64,000 nucleotides of DNA. Source: Minisyncoccia bacterium (lineage in GTDB: Bacteria > Patescibacteriota > Minisyncoccia > Phycocordibacterales > UBA918). Of this stretch, positions 9,901-19,172 are shown one piece after another. The DNA is taken from assembly GCA_046293175.1 (NCBI GenBank), contig JBKBPM010000001.1, positions 363,446-427,445 of the forward strand, read 5' to 3'. Position 1 is the stretch's first letter. Every line of letters begins with the position of its first letter. A program made the position numbers and the translations under genes. Below the pieces are notes generated by a model. That model searched no databases and was not told the origin of the DNA. It was given only the letters and a program-made list of their open reading frames with translations.

Positions 9901-12900
9901 AGGTAGTACTCGTGGTATCACGTTGGCCGGCATTTGCGCTAATAAACGAAGGATTAGGGTCAGTAATACCGCCGTTTGCGACTGAAATGTTAGTGGTGTT
10001 ATTGCCGTTGGTGAGATTGGCACTATCAAACATATTCCAGTCATCAGCCGCATCGCCAACCGGTGTCCATACACTCACCGCACTACAGGTAGTAACCCGT
10101 GGCCCGAATTCCAGTCGATAGGCAGTTGAAACTGACGCTGCGGCTCCTTCGTTTGAGAGTGCCACCCGCAAACGAATTGGTGAATTGGCTGGATGATCAG
10201 TCAAAATGGTATTTTCCGTGCCGCCTGTGGCCGATAATGCGTCAGTTTCAATACCGGTGTCATTGCGCCAGTGGTAGCCGGTTTGGGTAATCACTGGACC
10301 GGACAGCGTTGTTGTACCCGCAATTGCAATTGGTGTTGATGGTGAAACTGATCCGGCTGAAACAACCACATCATTGGCTGGTGAAGAAATTTCTATTTGG
10401 ACAGTGTCGCCATTACTAGCGGTACTCAAAACATCAAATACCACGTACAAACACAATGCTTGTGTGGTAGTTACTGTCACAGAATCACTAAATGTTGAGG
10501 TACCATTGTCGGCAGTAAAGCCGTCGGTGTCAGTAGCCCCGTACTGCGGTTCTGTTCCGGCATACGTCTCACTCGCACAGTTGTACGGTGCGGTGGTATC
10601 GAGGTCGTAACGAAGTCGAATGTTATCAAGATCGTTGAGGGCATCAACAGTACCATTTTCGGCAATCAAAATACTTGTAATGTTGCGACTGCTCGTATTT
10701 TCGCGGAATACAAACTGACCACCAACATGTTGGTTGGTTGATGGTACAAGAAGTGATGTTGCTTGGGTTCCAGAAGCGGTAACACTAACATCTGCCGCAA
10801 TTGTAACACTGGGGAATTGTGAATAGACCGGTAAGGGTGTACCAGCATTAGTAACTCGAAAACAGTACGTAGTTCCTTCAACTGCTGTAGTTGAAGCGAC
10901 AATAGCATACTCAAGTTCAACAAAATTCGCATTGGAGAGTGTAAGTGATCCGGTTTGTGAAGAAATTTCGCGCATACCACCATTTGGTGTGAGGAATGTG
11001 GTATTCTCATCAGCCACGCCACCGTTGGCAACAGCAATATTTGTCGTATTATCACCTTCAACGAAGTTAGATGATAGTGACATATTCCAGGCATCATCAG
11101 TCGCACCCACATCAGTCCATGAAGTTATATCGGTACAGTTTGGTGCAGCTTCACCATATTCAAGCCGGAACGTAGTTGCAGCACTTGAAAGGGATCCTTC
11201 GTTAGATACTTGTAGACGAAGTCGACGTGGTGAATTTACCTGCAGAGCCGGAATTGGTGTATCAGCCACACCAGCAGTAGCTGACAAAGCGGCTGTTTCT
11301 ACACCAGCATCAGTACGCCAGTGGTAGTGTGTTTGGGTCAGTTCATCATTTTGAATAAGACTAGAAGAGGCGGTACGAACTGGGCTCACCGGCATCACAT
11401 CTACACCACCAGTAACGATAATATCGTTATTCGGATCTTCTACAGAGACGGCGAGCGTATCTCCATCAAGCACACTTTCAAGCACGTCAACCACCACATA
11501 GAAACACATCGCTTGGGTAGTTGAGATGCTCTGGAGTCCAGAAAAGCTCGCAGTTCCATTAGGTCCCGAAAAGCCATTGGTATCTGTAATCCCAAACTGT
11601 GTCTCGCTACCACTGTACGATTCACTGGCACAGTCATACGGTGCCGTGGTATCAAGATCGTAGAGTACTTTGATATTTTTGACGTCAGTACTACCATCAA
11701 CAGTACCTCGTTCACTAATCACAATGGCAGTCACATTACGACTACTCTGACTTTCACGAATCGCATACTTCCCACCAGTATAGACGTCTGTGGTACCACC
11801 AACGATAGTACTCACCGCAGTACCCGTGGCATAAAGTTTAGTAATTGGCGCAATATCAGCGAGCGTATCACCAAAATAATCATCAGGTGCTGGGTCTGTC
11901 CATGACACATAAATGCGCTCATCACTCATGAGATTAATATCAAGACCACGATGATCACCAGGAGTGACTCCAGAGACTGTCTGTTCTGCACTCCAGGAAG
12001 ACATGGCTGAAGTAGATGTAGACCAGTAAATTCCACCTGTTGTGGCTGTAGCTGGCGTCGAGCGTAACACATACGCCACATACACCGTACTGGTATTGGT
12101 ATCAAGGCCAATTGCAACGGTGTTGAGTCCCCGGGTAGTGTTGGTAAAGACAGCCGTTGTACCAGTCCATGATCCAGAAGAAAACTTGGCGGTACGCACA
12201 TCGTGGTCAAGTGTTGTGTAATTGTCATGATCGGCACCATAAGCGAGATACACATCACCGGAATTTGGGTCAACTACTGCAGCCATACTTGTGTCGTAAG
12301 TGGCACTTTCAACCGCGGCACCATCAATGGTCGTCCAGCTTGCTGACCAGCTTGATCCATTCCATACGCGAGAACGAATAACGTTGGCACTAATGTCACG
12401 ATTAATAAGCAGTACATCTCCTGTGGTTAGGGCGAGAAGAATATTTGTATCGTTATCAAGATCCATAAAGCGTGCGCCACCCGGCTCATCCCAACCAGTG
12501 GTAGCAGTACATCCGGAATCGGTATCACACCGTACAACAAAAGAGTCAGTGGCATCAGAAATGCCCATAAAAACTTCATTACCGGTATTTTTGGTAATCG
12601 TGACGTTATTCTGACCACTGGTAAATGTACCTGTCTGACCCGAATTACTACTCGTGTCTACTGGTGAGCTACCTAAAAGGAGGGTGTCTGTCGAGGTATC
12701 AAGCGCGTTGTAATAGAGACGATCGGTGGCCGCAGCAGTTTCCATAGTAGCGATGTGAATGGTAGTACCGTAGTCACCGGGCGTCCACTGGTCATACCAA
12801 ACAGCAATACTTGCACAGTCTGTTTGAGCATCAACCGTTACTGCTCCATTCCACGAACTACCTCCGTTAGTGGTTTTACTATAGACACAGGTGTTCGCAG

Positions 12901-13141
12901 CATCACGATAAAACTTGTACCCAACCTGATCAGAAATGAAAACCGTTTGGGAACCGCCAAAGAAAAAGGAGTTGGCATCGGTACTCACGGAGTTATCAAT
13001 AGTAGTTTGAGCCGCTTCGGCAAAACTGGGCCAAACCATGTACTCCAAAAACGAGAAGTTGAGGAAAACCGTAACAAACAACAACGAGCCAGCTATAACT
13101 TGTCGCCATCCATACCAAAAAAACGCTGGAAACCTCCGCAT
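6980..13141 (-). CDS. 2053-aa secreted multidomain adhesin-like protein with C-terminal WxL/pilin-like module
   Basis: Signal peptide ending AEAA; Asp-box YSKTTNGGSSW (propeller-like N-terminus); two YDLDTTAPYxCASE domains; four RLR...LEY/LQY...YCFR domains; C-terminus FGSIPINT...LAVTTNATDGY...YTTEVVYIAVPVY. Confidence 0.9.
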   Translation of the reverse strand: MRRFPAFFWYGWRQVIAGSLLFVTVFLNFSFLEYMVWPSFAEAAQTTIDNSVSTDANSFFFGGSQTVFISDQVGYKFYRDAANTCVYSKTTNGGSSWNGAVTVDAQTDCASIAVWYDQWTPGDYGTTIHIATMETAAATDRLYYNALDTSTDTLLLGSSPVDTSSNSGQTGTFTSGQNNVTITKNTGNEVFMGISDATDSFVVRCDTDSGCTATTGWDEPGGARFMDLDNDTNILLALTTGDVLLINRDISANVIRSRVWNGSSWSASWTTIDGAAVESATYDTSMAAVVDPNSGDVYLAYGADHDNYTTLDHDVRTAKFSSGSWTGTTAVFTNTTRGLNTVAIGLDTNTSTVYVAYVLRSTPATATTGGIYWSTSTSAMSSWSAEQTVSGVTPGDHRGLDINLMSDERIYVSWTDPAPDDYFGDTLADIAPITKLYATGTAVSTIVGGTTDVYTGGKYAIRESQSSRNVTAIVISERGTVDGSTDVKNIKVLYDLDTTAPYDCASESYSGSETQFGITDTNGFSGPNGTASFSGLQSISTTQAMCFYVVVDVLESVLDGDTLAVSVEDPNNDIIVTGGVDVMPVSPVRTASSSLIQNDELTQTHYHWRTDAGVETAALSATAGVADTPIPALQVNSPRRLRLQVSNEGSLSSAATTFRLEYGEAAPNCTDITSWTDVGATDDAWNMSLSSNFVEGDNTTNIAVANGGVADENTTFLTPNGGMREISSQTGSLTLSNANFVELEYAIVASTTAVEGTTYCFRVTNAGTPLPVYSQFPSVTIAADVSVTASGTQATSLLVPSTNQHVGGQFVFRENTSSRNITSILIAENGTVDALNDLDNIRLRYDLDTTAPYNCASETYAGTEPQYGATDTDGFTADNGTSTFSDSVTVTTTQALCLYVVFDVLSTASNGDTVQIEISSPANDVVVSAGSVSPSTPIAIAGTTTLSGPVITQTGYHWRNDTGIETDALSATGGTENTILTDHPANSPIRLRVALSNEGAAASVSTAYRLEFGPRVTTCSAVSVWTPVGDAADDWNMFDSANLTNGNNTTNISVANGGITDPNPSFISANAGQRDTTSTTSALAMSTTEFTEYEFSITSTNITGFNTTYCFRLTNNGEPLTYTNYAELTTAPKRDFKVQRGTATIIGTSQTFTAGVDYTAPLSTTTAFVRITDTHNTGPGRTTAGGGAQNADDVTAYISSANLPTSFTISRPPAATGNTRVSWEIIEFIGDAGTDNEMKVRGVGSVNLASAALVATGTSLGTITDNADVVVFITGVENRDTARNFYYAGQTTSQWSPTSTAPVFNRNAGGAIINVSYAVVEFTGINWQVQRIEHTYTAAGVVETESIPTPVNSLARAFIHTQKRMNALGNVNNFGHEVWLSSIGAVSFRLEAAATTPSGHTSVAWIIENLQTSAGAMDVQRTNGTTNAGTEPVTLSISIFSPIDATNNASIFANTRVVGANTTFPLVFAGARITGTSTYELWRSEASGEMTYRTEIVEWPISGLAIRQNYFRFYANNNNLTPTDPWPPGVSDLGENNPISIADEPLGDGDVVRLRMTMRVANANLPAGLYDFKLQYGLRATSCSTVGTWNDLDAANGSGIWRGYAATGTTNGTMLSTNPPTGGDLLISVADRAGSLVEENPAPANPYLVDPGEDVEYDWFIEHNGAISRSTYCFRMVRSDGTPLDGYFNYPQIRTAGYSPQTKRWRFYEDAENETPVTPLASEINAPVEVQNGNEFALRVIVGQRKSVVGQDIKFKLQYDESPAFTSPHDVVATSSCTATSTWCYVDGGGTDNATITTKVLSDANSCASGVGSGCGTHNESPTYTTGYTHLAGADTEFAFYLRHAAARAGAVYYFRLYEVFEDMPVAAANGETLPSLVTETPKLTLSISGLPSGTTTAGVMTTVTTTPSTVSFGSIPINTDALAAHRLAVTTNATDGYRVLSFARQQLINDYGTPIPPISGTNASPVAWAVGCLASATGCTGYHTTDATLSGGSTRFAPLDSYAGLHTAVAEVMYSPIPANDTHDIVYRVRVTGLQPAAIYTTEVVYIAVPVY

Positions 13142-13195
13142 GTCCTAATTTTGTCACGGTATTGCTTTATTTTCTATGCTTTTACTGTAGAGAAA

Positions 13196-14746
13196 CTACT
13201 CGACCACAGGTATGACTGTTGGTGAAGCATTAGGGGTAAACGGGGTAACCACAAGATCAGGTATTTCAGCTGTTGGCCCTGGCTGTGGTTCGATGATTGT
13301 TGACTCTTTGATCAGGGTAAGGTCCAAGGTTAAACCGGTGGTACTGGCAGTACTGACTGTTGTGGTAGCTAGATCTAACTCAAGATCAGGTGGTGTACTG
13401 GAAGCATTTGTATCACTTGGTGGTGCACCCTCAAGTGCCTCTTCTTCTGTAGTTGATTTTGCAGTGAGCAGTGCTCGCGGTTCGCCAGTGGTATCAGGAT
13501 CAGGAATCTCTTCTGGTAGTGGGGCTGGCTCTGCAGCAAATGAGGTTATTTCACCTGTTACTAAGTCATAACCGCGCGTTATTGTCTCGCCACTATCCAT
13601 CGCTGCGTCATACACAAGAACCATACGCGGATTTGAAATAGTACCTCCGTTATCATCACGAATCGTCATAAAGGCACGTGAGTTTAGATCGTAGACCTCT
13701 ATAGTTTTTTCGTTGTAATGAACACGGTGCCAAACCACAAGATTATTTCGTACGACTGGCGCTAAATTGTGTTCACTGGTGTTGGTGAGTTGGTTCGCTG
13801 TCTCGCCATCAAAGAGCATAATCTGCCAAGCATCGTTGTCCCAGTACTGCCAAACAATAATGTTGTCTGCTCGGAATGGCTCCATGTTGTTGGTGCTGGT
13901 ATTTGTTAACTGCTGTTCTTCACCCGAAGCCATATCGTAGACCATAATCTGATACCGTTCATCAATCAAACGATGCCAAACAAGACTATCTGATGCCGGG
14001 TCGTAGTAGGGTGACGCATCATCAACTGTATTGAAGGTAATTTGCTGCATTCCATTTTTATTTTTGATGTAGATTTCGAGATCACCATCACTGTCAGGTA
14101 ATGAGAATAATCCCTGTTCGTCGCTGACCGGAGTTGTTGTTGCAACCTGACAGTAGAAGGAGCCATCTTCAACAGCCAGACAGTTATCTTTATTGAATTG
14201 AATCATCTGGTCACTCTCAACCGTCAGTGTTGGTGCATTTGGGTCGGTGGTTGTTGCGGTTGAGGTGGCAATTTCTTCTATGGTGGTAGTCGCATCACTG
14301 GCAAGAGCAACTTCTTCAGGAACCACAACTTCCCCGTCACCTGAGGTATCAGGTGCAGGGTCAAGCGGCGGCGGGTCTTGAGGAGGTGGACTTTCGTTTG
14401 GTAACTCTGGCGTGACAGGAGGGACTTCAGGTGCAACTACGTCGCCATCAGGAGAGGTGTCAGACTGAGCAACCTCTACCTCGGCAACCGGCTCTGGGGT
14501 TGTTTCAGTTCGTTCTGAAATCTCGTGTTGGATAGTAGCTACCGTTTCATCAGTGATAGTAACTTTGAGGTCTGGTGCTGGTTCAGGAACAGGTTCAGAG
14601 GCATAGGCACGCTCAATTGTTTGGAGTAAAAATGAACAAACCAGAACAACAACAAAGACCCGTACAAGCGCACGTTCAAAGACAAGTCGATACAACAGGG
14701 GTGTACCTGGAGGCGACGAAGATGTATTGGCTGGTAGTTGTTTCAT
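13196..14746 (-). CDS. Secreted protein with TolB-like beta-propeller flanked by Pro/Glu/Thr-rich linkers
   Basis: Repeats QQITFNTVDDASP, QQLTNTSTNNMEP, NQLTNTSEHNLAP; signal peptide ending AYA. Confidence 0.8.
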   Translation of the reverse strand: MKQLPANTSSSPPGTPLLYRLVFERALVRVFVVVLVCSFLLQTIERAYASEPVPEPAPDLKVTITDETVATIQHEISERTETTPEPVAEVEVAQSDTSPDGDVVAPEVPPVTPELPNESPPPQDPPPLDPAPDTSGDGEVVVPEEVALASDATTTIEEIATSTATTTDPNAPTLTVESDQMIQFNKDNCLAVEDGSFYCQVATTTPVSDEQGLFSLPDSDGDLEIYIKNKNGMQQITFNTVDDASPYYDPASDSLVWHRLIDERYQIMVYDMASGEEQQLTNTSTNNMEPFRADNIIVWQYWDNDAWQIMLFDGETANQLTNTSEHNLAPVVRNNLVVWHRVHYNEKTIEVYDLNSRAFMTIRDDNGGTISNPRMVLVYDAAMDSGETITRGYDLVTGEITSFAAEPAPLPEEIPDPDTTGEPRALLTAKSTTEEEALEGAPPSDTNASSTPPDLELDLATTTVSTASTTGLTLDLTLIKESTIIEPQPGPTAEIPDLVVTPFTPNASPTVIPVVE

Positions 14747-14875
14747 TCAAAAGGGACTTTCAAAACTAGAAAGTTCTACGTTGTCCCATCAAACATATAA
14801 TACCAGTACTTTGTCAACGTTTGTTTTTGCTTATCAACAGCTAAAAAGCGTTTCTGCCGTCAGAAAACGGCTAAC

Positions 14876-15628
14876 TTAATTTTTTGAACGGAAATAATTC
14901 GCTAGGAGTATTGAAAAATCTTTAAATGTCATCAAACCATCATTATTAAAATCGTAGCGGTTATTTTGCTTGAACCACTCCACCATAAAAATACTAATAT
15001 CTTCTAGGGTCACCTTACCATCAGCATTGACATCACTGACCAAAAGTACCACTGCTTCCCCTTCAAGGGTTCCGTTTGATTCAGCAATCTGCACGCGTGC
15101 CACACTATCTTCGCCGACTTTGGCGTCAATTTTGGTACCACGACCGTCTCCAGCCAATAAATTGGCTTCTTTAGTGGTAATAACAACCTCACCGGTAGCC
15201 CGAGCTTTTGCATTAATGGTGGCAATGAGGTGCTTACCAACAAAGCCTTTACGGTACGTACCTCCTTCTAAGATAACTGCGCCATTTTCGACCCGCGGGT
15301 CACTTGTCCAAAGCGTAATCACTGACTCCCCACGGTCTATACCTAATATTTCAATTTTGTCCTCTGGGTAGGCAATAGAAAGTGAAACGGCATTCACGGG
15401 TGTATTCGCAACCGCATACACATCTATAGCAAAAGTCTCATTTGTTAAGTGTTGCTTTTGTTTAGTTTCAAGTACAATAGTTGATTTTGAACTTCCGACC
15501 ACCGAAGCCACACTTACTACCAACACTAGCAAAAAAGCTAGCGAGAACATATACCGCACAGTTTGATTGGGCGGCACTGGTCGTCGCTTCTTTATGACTT
15601 CTTTAAGTGCCGACCGAAATTTGATCAT
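14876..15628 (-). CDS. Cohesin-like domain plus C-terminal dockerin-like domain (bifunctional adaptor)
   Basis: PVNAVSLSIAYP...ESVITLW...LLAGDGRGT matches the other cohesin-like paralogs; tail DVNADGKVTLED...DFNNDGLMTFKDFSILL has two Ca-binding loops. Confidence 0.8.
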   Translation of the reverse strand: MIKFRSALKEVIKKRRPVPPNQTVRYMFSLAFLLVLVVSVASVVGSSKSTIVLETKQKQHLTNETFAIDVYAVANTPVNAVSLSIAYPEDKIEILGIDRGESVITLWTSDPRVENGAVILEGGTYRKGFVGKHLIATINAKARATGEVVITTKEANLLAGDGRGTKIDAKVGEDSVARVQIAESNGTLEGEAVVLLVSDVNADGKVTLEDISIFMVEWFKQNNRYDFNNDGLMTFKDFSILLANYFRSKN

Positions 15629-16302
15629 ATTGTTTGCAACTCTCGTCTGGTGGCCTCAATTTGTTGCATTCGAACCGTCATATTATTTTTGATGTCAGTT
15701 ACGTTACGAAGGGTTCTGGTAATCTCATCAGAATCACGACTCTTGCCTGCGAGAAGAGCCATAATGATGTCGCGCTGGAGTTCTACTAGTCGAGTAAAGT
15801 CGGCGGCAGTTGAAAGTTCATCATCTGCTACCCGTTGCCAAAGTGCTACTCGCTCTGTCAATTCATCATCAGTTGATAGAATCCGCGCTCGTAATGAAAT
15901 ATACTCTTCATAAACACTTACTTCGCGAGCGAGTCGAGCCGCCATCACAGACTTTTTGTCAGCAAAGTAACTTCCACAAGCAAAGAAGAGACTATCGAGC
16001 TCAGTAAGCTCAGATCGAGTAATAGTAGACGAAAGTTTATCGAGGAGTGTCTCAAAGCGCTGACGCTCGGTTGGCGAGCAATCGACTACAATGCGTTCTG
16101 TAATTTCGTCTGCCTCATTTCGTTTGGTGAGGTCAGCAATAGTTGCCAGTACGAGTTCTTGTTCCGCAATATTAGTATCAAGGGCCAAGCTCGTGGAATC
16201 AAGCTTCTTCGCGACAGCAGAATCTGTGTACAAAGAAATGCCCCACAGAAGAAGTACAATACCGATAATAATCAGGGTTATTTGGCGGGCAGAAACATGC
16301 AT
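15625..16302 (-). CDS. Hypothetical alpha-helical/coiled-coil protein with N-terminal TM
   Basis: 225-aa ORF overlapping the next gene by 4 nt (ATGA coupling). Confidence 0.8.
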   Translation of the reverse strand: MHVSARQITLIIIGIVLLLWGISLYTDSAVAKKLDSTSLALDTNIAEQELVLATIADLTKRNEADEITERIVVDCSPTERQRFETLLDKLSSTITRSELTELDSLFFACGSYFADKKSVMAARLAREVSVYEEYISLRARILSTDDELTERVALWQRVADDELSTAADFTRLVELQRDIIMALLAGKSRDSDEITRTLRNVTDIKNNMTVRMQQIEATRRELQTI

Positions 16303-16318
16303 AGCAAAATTGGGTTAG

Positions 16319-18034
16319 TTAGTCAGTTAGTTTGGTTACATCGGATACCTCTTTTTGAACAATACGCTCTGCAGATTTTAGCACATCTCGAACGTCGGTG
16401 ATAAGGGCTTCCTCTGTAGTAGTAAGCTTGCCAGATTTGCGACTACGAACAATATCAGCTTCGTGATTGCGAAGGAGAGCTTCAATGGCCAAAAATTGGC
16501 TATGTAGTGCAACACCAACTTCACTACTCTCGCGATTAAGAAGAATACGGAAACGACGATAGCGAGCCAAGAAATAAAGACAAAGAAGCACCGTCAGTGC
16601 TAAAAGGGCAACCAGTGGAATGATAACGGAGAGAACATCAATCAAAAATGAACCGATTCGGAGTAACCCCATTGGCTGTACCACAAACTGTATTGGATCA
16701 GATACGCTACTTTGAGCACCAAACTCATCTTTAGCAGAAGCGGTTAGTGTATATACACCTTCAGTGAGTGCACTGTTAGGAATAAATCTAAACGAGCCAG
16801 TCTCATCACTTTTCACTTCATACCTCGCTGGCTCCTGACCACTATTTGTGAGAGTTATGGCAACCGTAGCATTTGGACGAGTTGTTCCCATGAAGACCGG
16901 AATAACCCCAGTGCTGATTTCGGCCGGAACATCTGTAAAGCGAGGTGCTTCAAAAGATTCAATTTCAAAAGTAAAGGTTGAAACTGTACTATTGCCAGCG
17001 GCATCTACTACTTCAACCACTAAGGTCTGGCGACCGGGCGTGAGATTTTCAAGTTTTATTTCATTTTTACCATCTTCGTTTTTGTACTCAACTGGCGCAG
17101 CCCCATTAAGCTGGACCATAAAGGATTTGATTGGTGAACCGTTTGTGTCAGTGGTCGAGGCTACAATAATTTGGGTTGGATTAGCAAGGTTGCTGTCAGG
17201 CTTGAGACTGAGGACTACATTTTGCGGTGCAGTAGTGTCAACCGCAAGACGATAATGTGTCACCTTCCCCCACCCCTCGTCATTTTTGAACTGGATATGG
17301 AAATATGACACTCCTTCTTCAAGATCAGTGAGGGTAATCTCTTTGATTGGACTATCGTACACCTTAGTTGGAATAGCAGTTGGTGATTCATCAAGGGCTG
17401 TACGTACCGCAACGACATCTGAAGGCAATGTCCAACGCAATACTGCTGTGGTTTCCTTTGACCAGCCAGCAGGGTCGCCATGCGTATCAGAGGTGATTTT
17501 TGGTGCGGCTGGTGTATTGGCTGGAGGGACAAACTCGACAATCGCTTCAGGTTCTGGCGTCTCACTCGCTGCCGAGATGGTATAGGCACCACTTCCCATA
17601 CTAGAAAGTACATTGGTGCCACGACCATCGGCTGCCAACACCGAGCCACTGCCAAAATTGACGCGTGCTGAACCAGAACCAAGGGTGCGGAATGTAATAG
17701 TCATCACTGTTCCAGAACCACCAGTATAGCCAGTTGGGGTGCCACCACTAAAACTGATAGTTCCAGCACTATTTGAAAAGGCTGGCTCAGTAGTCCATAG
17801 GTTGAAGATGGAACTACTACGAGAAACCGAAACTACCTGCAGGGCTTTGTTGTCAAAGGTAATAGTTCCATCAGCCGCATTAATGGCTGCCCCTTTTGTA
17901 TCAACTGATACACGGACAGTAAATGTACTGCCACTTCCATAGACACCAGTGGCTGGTGAAATATTAAGAGTTGCAGCAAACGAAATACTGCTGTAACCAA
18001 AAAGAGCGAGAACGATGAGTAAACGAAGGAACAT
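16319..18034 (-). CDS. Cohesin-like domain, Ig-like domains, TM helix and cytoplasmic helical tail
   Basis: ATLNISP...FTVRVSV...AINAADGTITFD...SIFNLWTTEP...ISFSGG...VLAADGRGT; TM near C-terminus; start moved to MFLRLL. Confidence 0.85.
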   Translation of the reverse strand: MFLRLLIVLALFGYSSISFAATLNISPATGVYGSGSTFTVRVSVDTKGAAINAADGTITFDNKALQVVSVSRSSSIFNLWTTEPAFSNSAGTISFSGGTPTGYTGGSGTVMTITFRTLGSGSARVNFGSGSVLAADGRGTNVLSSMGSGAYTISAASETPEPEAIVEFVPPANTPAAPKITSDTHGDPAGWSKETTAVLRWTLPSDVVAVRTALDESPTAIPTKVYDSPIKEITLTDLEEGVSYFHIQFKNDEGWGKVTHYRLAVDTTAPQNVVLSLKPDSNLANPTQIIVASTTDTNGSPIKSFMVQLNGAAPVEYKNEDGKNEIKLENLTPGRQTLVVEVVDAAGNSTVSTFTFEIESFEAPRFTDVPAEISTGVIPVFMGTTRPNATVAITLTNSGQEPARYEVKSDETGSFRFIPNSALTEGVYTLTASAKDEFGAQSSVSDPIQFVVQPMGLLRIGSFLIDVLSVIIPLVALLALTVLLCLYFLARYRRFRILLNRESSEVGVALHSQFLAIEALLRNHEADIVRSRKSGKLTTTEEALITDVRDVLKSAERIVQKEVSDVTKLTD

Positions 18035-18035
18035 A

Positions 18036-19061
18036 TTATACGATATCGGTAATATCAGCTGCTTCTGGTACCGTCGCAGCACACTTGGTTTTACGTCTAC
18101 GACGCCAGTACCAGATGAGTAGCGTAAGGACAACGAGGGCTACCACCGCACTTCCACCAGAAGCTATCATCCAGAGTGGCCAACGTTCAAGACTCGCATT
18201 CTTTGGAGCTAATGTTGCAATATACTCGTTTCCGGCCTTGTCTACCGCGCGGACACGAATGGTACTCTTAAGACTCTGATCATTGAGAACATACGGACTA
18301 CGAGTTTCAGTCCAGACTGTGGTAGCAGCACCAAAGGTGAAAAGGCGGGTATCTTCAACCGGTTCTTCAATTACTTCGTAGTGACTGATGCCACTTTGTT
18401 TGTCGGTGGTATTAAAGACAATATAGTATTTCTTATCAAAGGCAAACTCATCCTTTTCAAGTGTAATCGAGAATTCCTCAGGCGGAATATTATCAGCAGT
18501 AATGACATCACGCCAATCATCAACAATGGTACTTCCTACCACTTGATTGAGGATAAGTTCTGCACCAAGGGTTTGGAGTTGTGCTTCGGTCCCAAAACCA
18601 TCATTGAGAAAAGCGCGTGTTTCAGGCTTAAAGGTGACAGTACCTAAAGCCGGAACATCAGTTCCACCAACAGTGAGGCCTGGGGCTCGAAAGACAATCT
18701 GTAGCAACGTGTTTGTAAGACGTGGATCCCCTTCAACACGACCACAATAACCATTTGGAATGCCGCCGGCAAAAGTGATGGTTCGGCTGTCTTTATCAAT
18801 GACGGGTTGTTCTACCCAGATTGGGAAAATTGATTGTCCAATTGAAATGTCAACTGGATTAATTGCTTCGTTGTAAGTAATAACACCATCAATGGCATTA
18901 ATACATTCATCGGTCGCTTCATCAGTATCAAGACGAACTGAGAGGGTTACCGAGTCACCTCGGTTAAGTGTGGGACGTGGCGGATCAAGATACAAAGTAG
19001 CTGCTGACGCGAAATCAGCTGCAAAAAACATACACAAAAGAAGAGCGAGTCGATAGACCAT
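18036..19061 (-). CDS. Cohesin-like domain, Ig-like domain, C-terminal TM and basic tail
   Basis: ATLYLDP...CINAIDGVITY...SIFPIWVEQP...ITFAGG...FLNDGFGT; DKQSGISHYEV; WYWRRRRK; start moved to MVYRLA. Confidence 0.85.
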   Translation of the reverse strand: MVYRLALLLCMFFAADFASAATLYLDPPRPTLNRGDSVTLSVRLDTDEATDECINAIDGVITYNEAINPVDISIGQSIFPIWVEQPVIDKDSRTITFAGGIPNGYCGRVEGDPRLTNTLLQIVFRAPGLTVGGTDVPALGTVTFKPETRAFLNDGFGTEAQLQTLGAELILNQVVGSTIVDDWRDVITADNIPPEEFSITLEKDEFAFDKKYYIVFNTTDKQSGISHYEVIEEPVEDTRLFTFGAATTVWTETRSPYVLNDQSLKSTIRVRAVDKAGNEYIATLAPKNASLERWPLWMIASGGSAVVALVVLTLLIWYWRRRRKTKCAATVPEAADITDIV

Positions 19062-19067
19062 ACTCAC

Positions 19068-19073
19068 AGTATA
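19068..19073 (-). promoter_or_regulatory. -10 hexamer TATACT, probable leaderless promoter
   Basis: 6 nt upstream of the ATG at 19061 and just past the terminator of the upstream gene. Confidence 0.6.
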
Positions 19074-19108
19074 CAGAATGACACCAGTCAAAAAGGGTTT
19101 TTTACACA

Positions 19109-19143
19109 AACAAAAATTCCCCGTGGTGGGGGGAATTTTTGTT
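19109..19143 (-). terminator. Intrinsic terminator (bidirectional shape)
   Basis: aacaaaaattcccc-gtggtgg-ggggaatttttgtt, 30 nt after the stop at 19173. Confidence 0.85.
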
Positions 19144-19172
19144 GTATTACTCCAAGCTTGGACCAATATTCT

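Noticed and set aside
19062-19166. Longest-ORF starts from the ORF track (19166, 18133, 20399, 26869, 62633, 6069, 23425, 3902, 694)
   Set aside because: These extensions cross terminators, promoters or upstream genes; downstream ATGs give proper signal peptides or family N-termini
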